From: Proteromonas lacertae
Lineage: Eukaryota
Assembly (NCBI GenBank): GCA_002245135.1
Contig: NGBS01000886.1
Location: forward strand, 124,001-147,426
Length of the DNA: 23,426 nt
Direction: 5' to 3'
Position numbers and translations under genes: made by a program. The notes under the pieces are model-generated. The model was not told the origin of the DNA, ran no database searches, and saw only the letters and a program-made list of their open reading frames with translations. Shown here piece after piece: positions 22,301 through 23,426 of this stretch (positions within the stretch are counted from its first letter, which is position 1; each line of letters opens with the position of its first letter).

Positions 22301-23426
22301 TGGATTAAGTATAGATAGTGAAAGTGGTATAATAAGTGGTATAATAGCTGAAGATGCAAGTGCTAAAACATATCATATGACAATAGAAATAGTTGGAACA
22401 AGAACAATTGAAGTGAATTTGATATAGTTGTGAAAGATGTGACATGTCCAATTGATTCTGGATTTCCAGCTACAAAATAGGTGAAACAGCTGTAATACCA
22501 TGTGTAATAGGAGAAGAAAATGATAAAAATAAAACCAGAGATTGTACATTTGATGAAGCAATCAAAGCTCCAAAATGGGGAATAATAGATGCAAGTGCTT
22601 GTGGATCAACTGCCATACCTGTAGTGAAATATTCAAATGAAGGAAAGATGATATTTACAATAGATGTAGAAAGTTCAAGTGAAATACCTGAAAAGACTGA
22701 TGTAACAAAACTAGAATTAAATGATTTAGATGGTTTAAAAACAAATTATGGATTAATATTTGATATAGCAACTGGTGAAGTATTTGGAAAATGTAAAAAA
22801 GAAGATAGAGATGTTGAATATACAGTAACTCCATATAATGGTGAAACTAAAGGAGATGATGTAACAATAAGATTAGCATGTGAATATGGAAAGCCAGAAT
22901 CAATTTTATATGATAAATCCAATGTAATAGCTTATATAGGTGTGAAGAAATAACATTAACTCCAATTGTAGTTGGTCATGCTAGTTCATATGAAATAAGT
23001 CAAATGTTGAATTAGAAGCTATAGGAATAGTGTTTGATACAACAAACAGATATTTGTAATAAATGCCAAAAGTGATTTAGAAATGTCAGAATATACTATA
23101 AATGCTTGTAATGGAGAAAATTGTGCTTCAACGAAAGTATCAATAGATTTAAGATATAAAAGACCAGAATCAATATCCTATCCTCAAAATGAATATGTAT
23201 ATACAATAGGAGATTCAGTTGAATTAATTCCAGTAGAAGAAAAACAAGAAGGTGTAAAATATGAAATAATTCCATTATCAATTTTAACAAATATTGGTTT
23301 ATCATTTGATGATAAAACTGGTAAATTAAGTGAAGAGTAAGTAAAGCATTATCAAAGAGTGATTTTACATTAAAAGCATACAATCGAGATGGTGAATCAA
23401 CATTTACATTTTCATTTGCTGTTGCT
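13367..23426 (+). CDS. Giant (>3300 aa, 3'-partial) secreted/surface adhesin-like protein: He_PIG (putative Ig/cadherin-like) repeats plus PA14-like, galactose-binding-like, discoidin (F5/8C)-like and HormR-like Cys modules
   Basis: ATG 13367 + intron 13398-13428 gives the signal peptide MFLFRFLAILSLTAA-S. About 17 LPxG(L/I)x(L/F)DxxTGxIxG-type motifs between 13551 and 23330. ORFs 13997-20785, 20832-22427, 22624-22953 and 23083-23340 are one protein interrupted by 1-2 nt indels (~13620, 20779, 22419, 22475, 22942, 23001, 23047, 23332). Confidence 0.85.
13398..13428 (+). other. Spliceosomal intron, 31 nt, within the signal-peptide coding region (GTATAA...AATAG)
   Basis: A|GC junction joins MFLFRFLAIL to SLTAASCTV in frame with the first Ig-like repeat. 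Confidence 0.82.

Noticed and set aside
20832..23340. Treating ORFs 20832-22427, 22624-22953 and 23083-23340 as separate genes, or the breaks as introns or programmed frameshifts
   Set aside because: Breaks fall mid-domain with no intergenic space, no GTAT-AG intron and no shared slippery motif; 1-2 nt corrections restore one continuous protein.
13367..23426. Bacterial contaminant or chimeric join for the He_PIG gene
   Set aside because: It carries a host-type GTATAA-AG micro-intron, a short eukaryote-style signal peptide and the same AT-rich codon style as its neighbours.

Overview
AT-rich, gene-dense eukaryotic (protist) DNA using the standard genetic code, with tiny 27-46 nt spliceosomal introns. 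The ~30-nt introns, a probable complex I accessory subunit and a giant He_PIG-repeat surface protein suggest a Blastocystis/Proteromonas-like stramenopile (inference). Six genes can be reconstructed: (1) a 5'-partial AGFG-type ArfGAP with alternating Lys/Asp blocks and five NPF motifs (<1-1610, +); (2) an intronless, intein-free PRP8 (8829-1747, -); (3) a ~70-aa NDUFA3/B9-like membrane protein (9420-9181, -); (4) a triple-RRM + CCCH zinc-finger protein (9531-11035, +); (5) a six-exon TPR protein (11168-12652, +); (6) a >3300-aa signal-peptide-bearing mosaic adhesin-like protein (13367->23426, +). Main observations: all ten inferred introns begin GTAT (nine GTATA, none with +5G), next to a PRP8 whose RNase H-like domain has changes at normally near-invariant positions; the giant protein mixes bacterial-type Ig and glycan-binding modules with HormR-like Cys modules; inverted TTCAAA/TTTGAA pairs sit upstream of most genes. 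About ten 1-2 nt frameshifts are most likely assembly errors. All homology calls are from motif recognition, not database searches.
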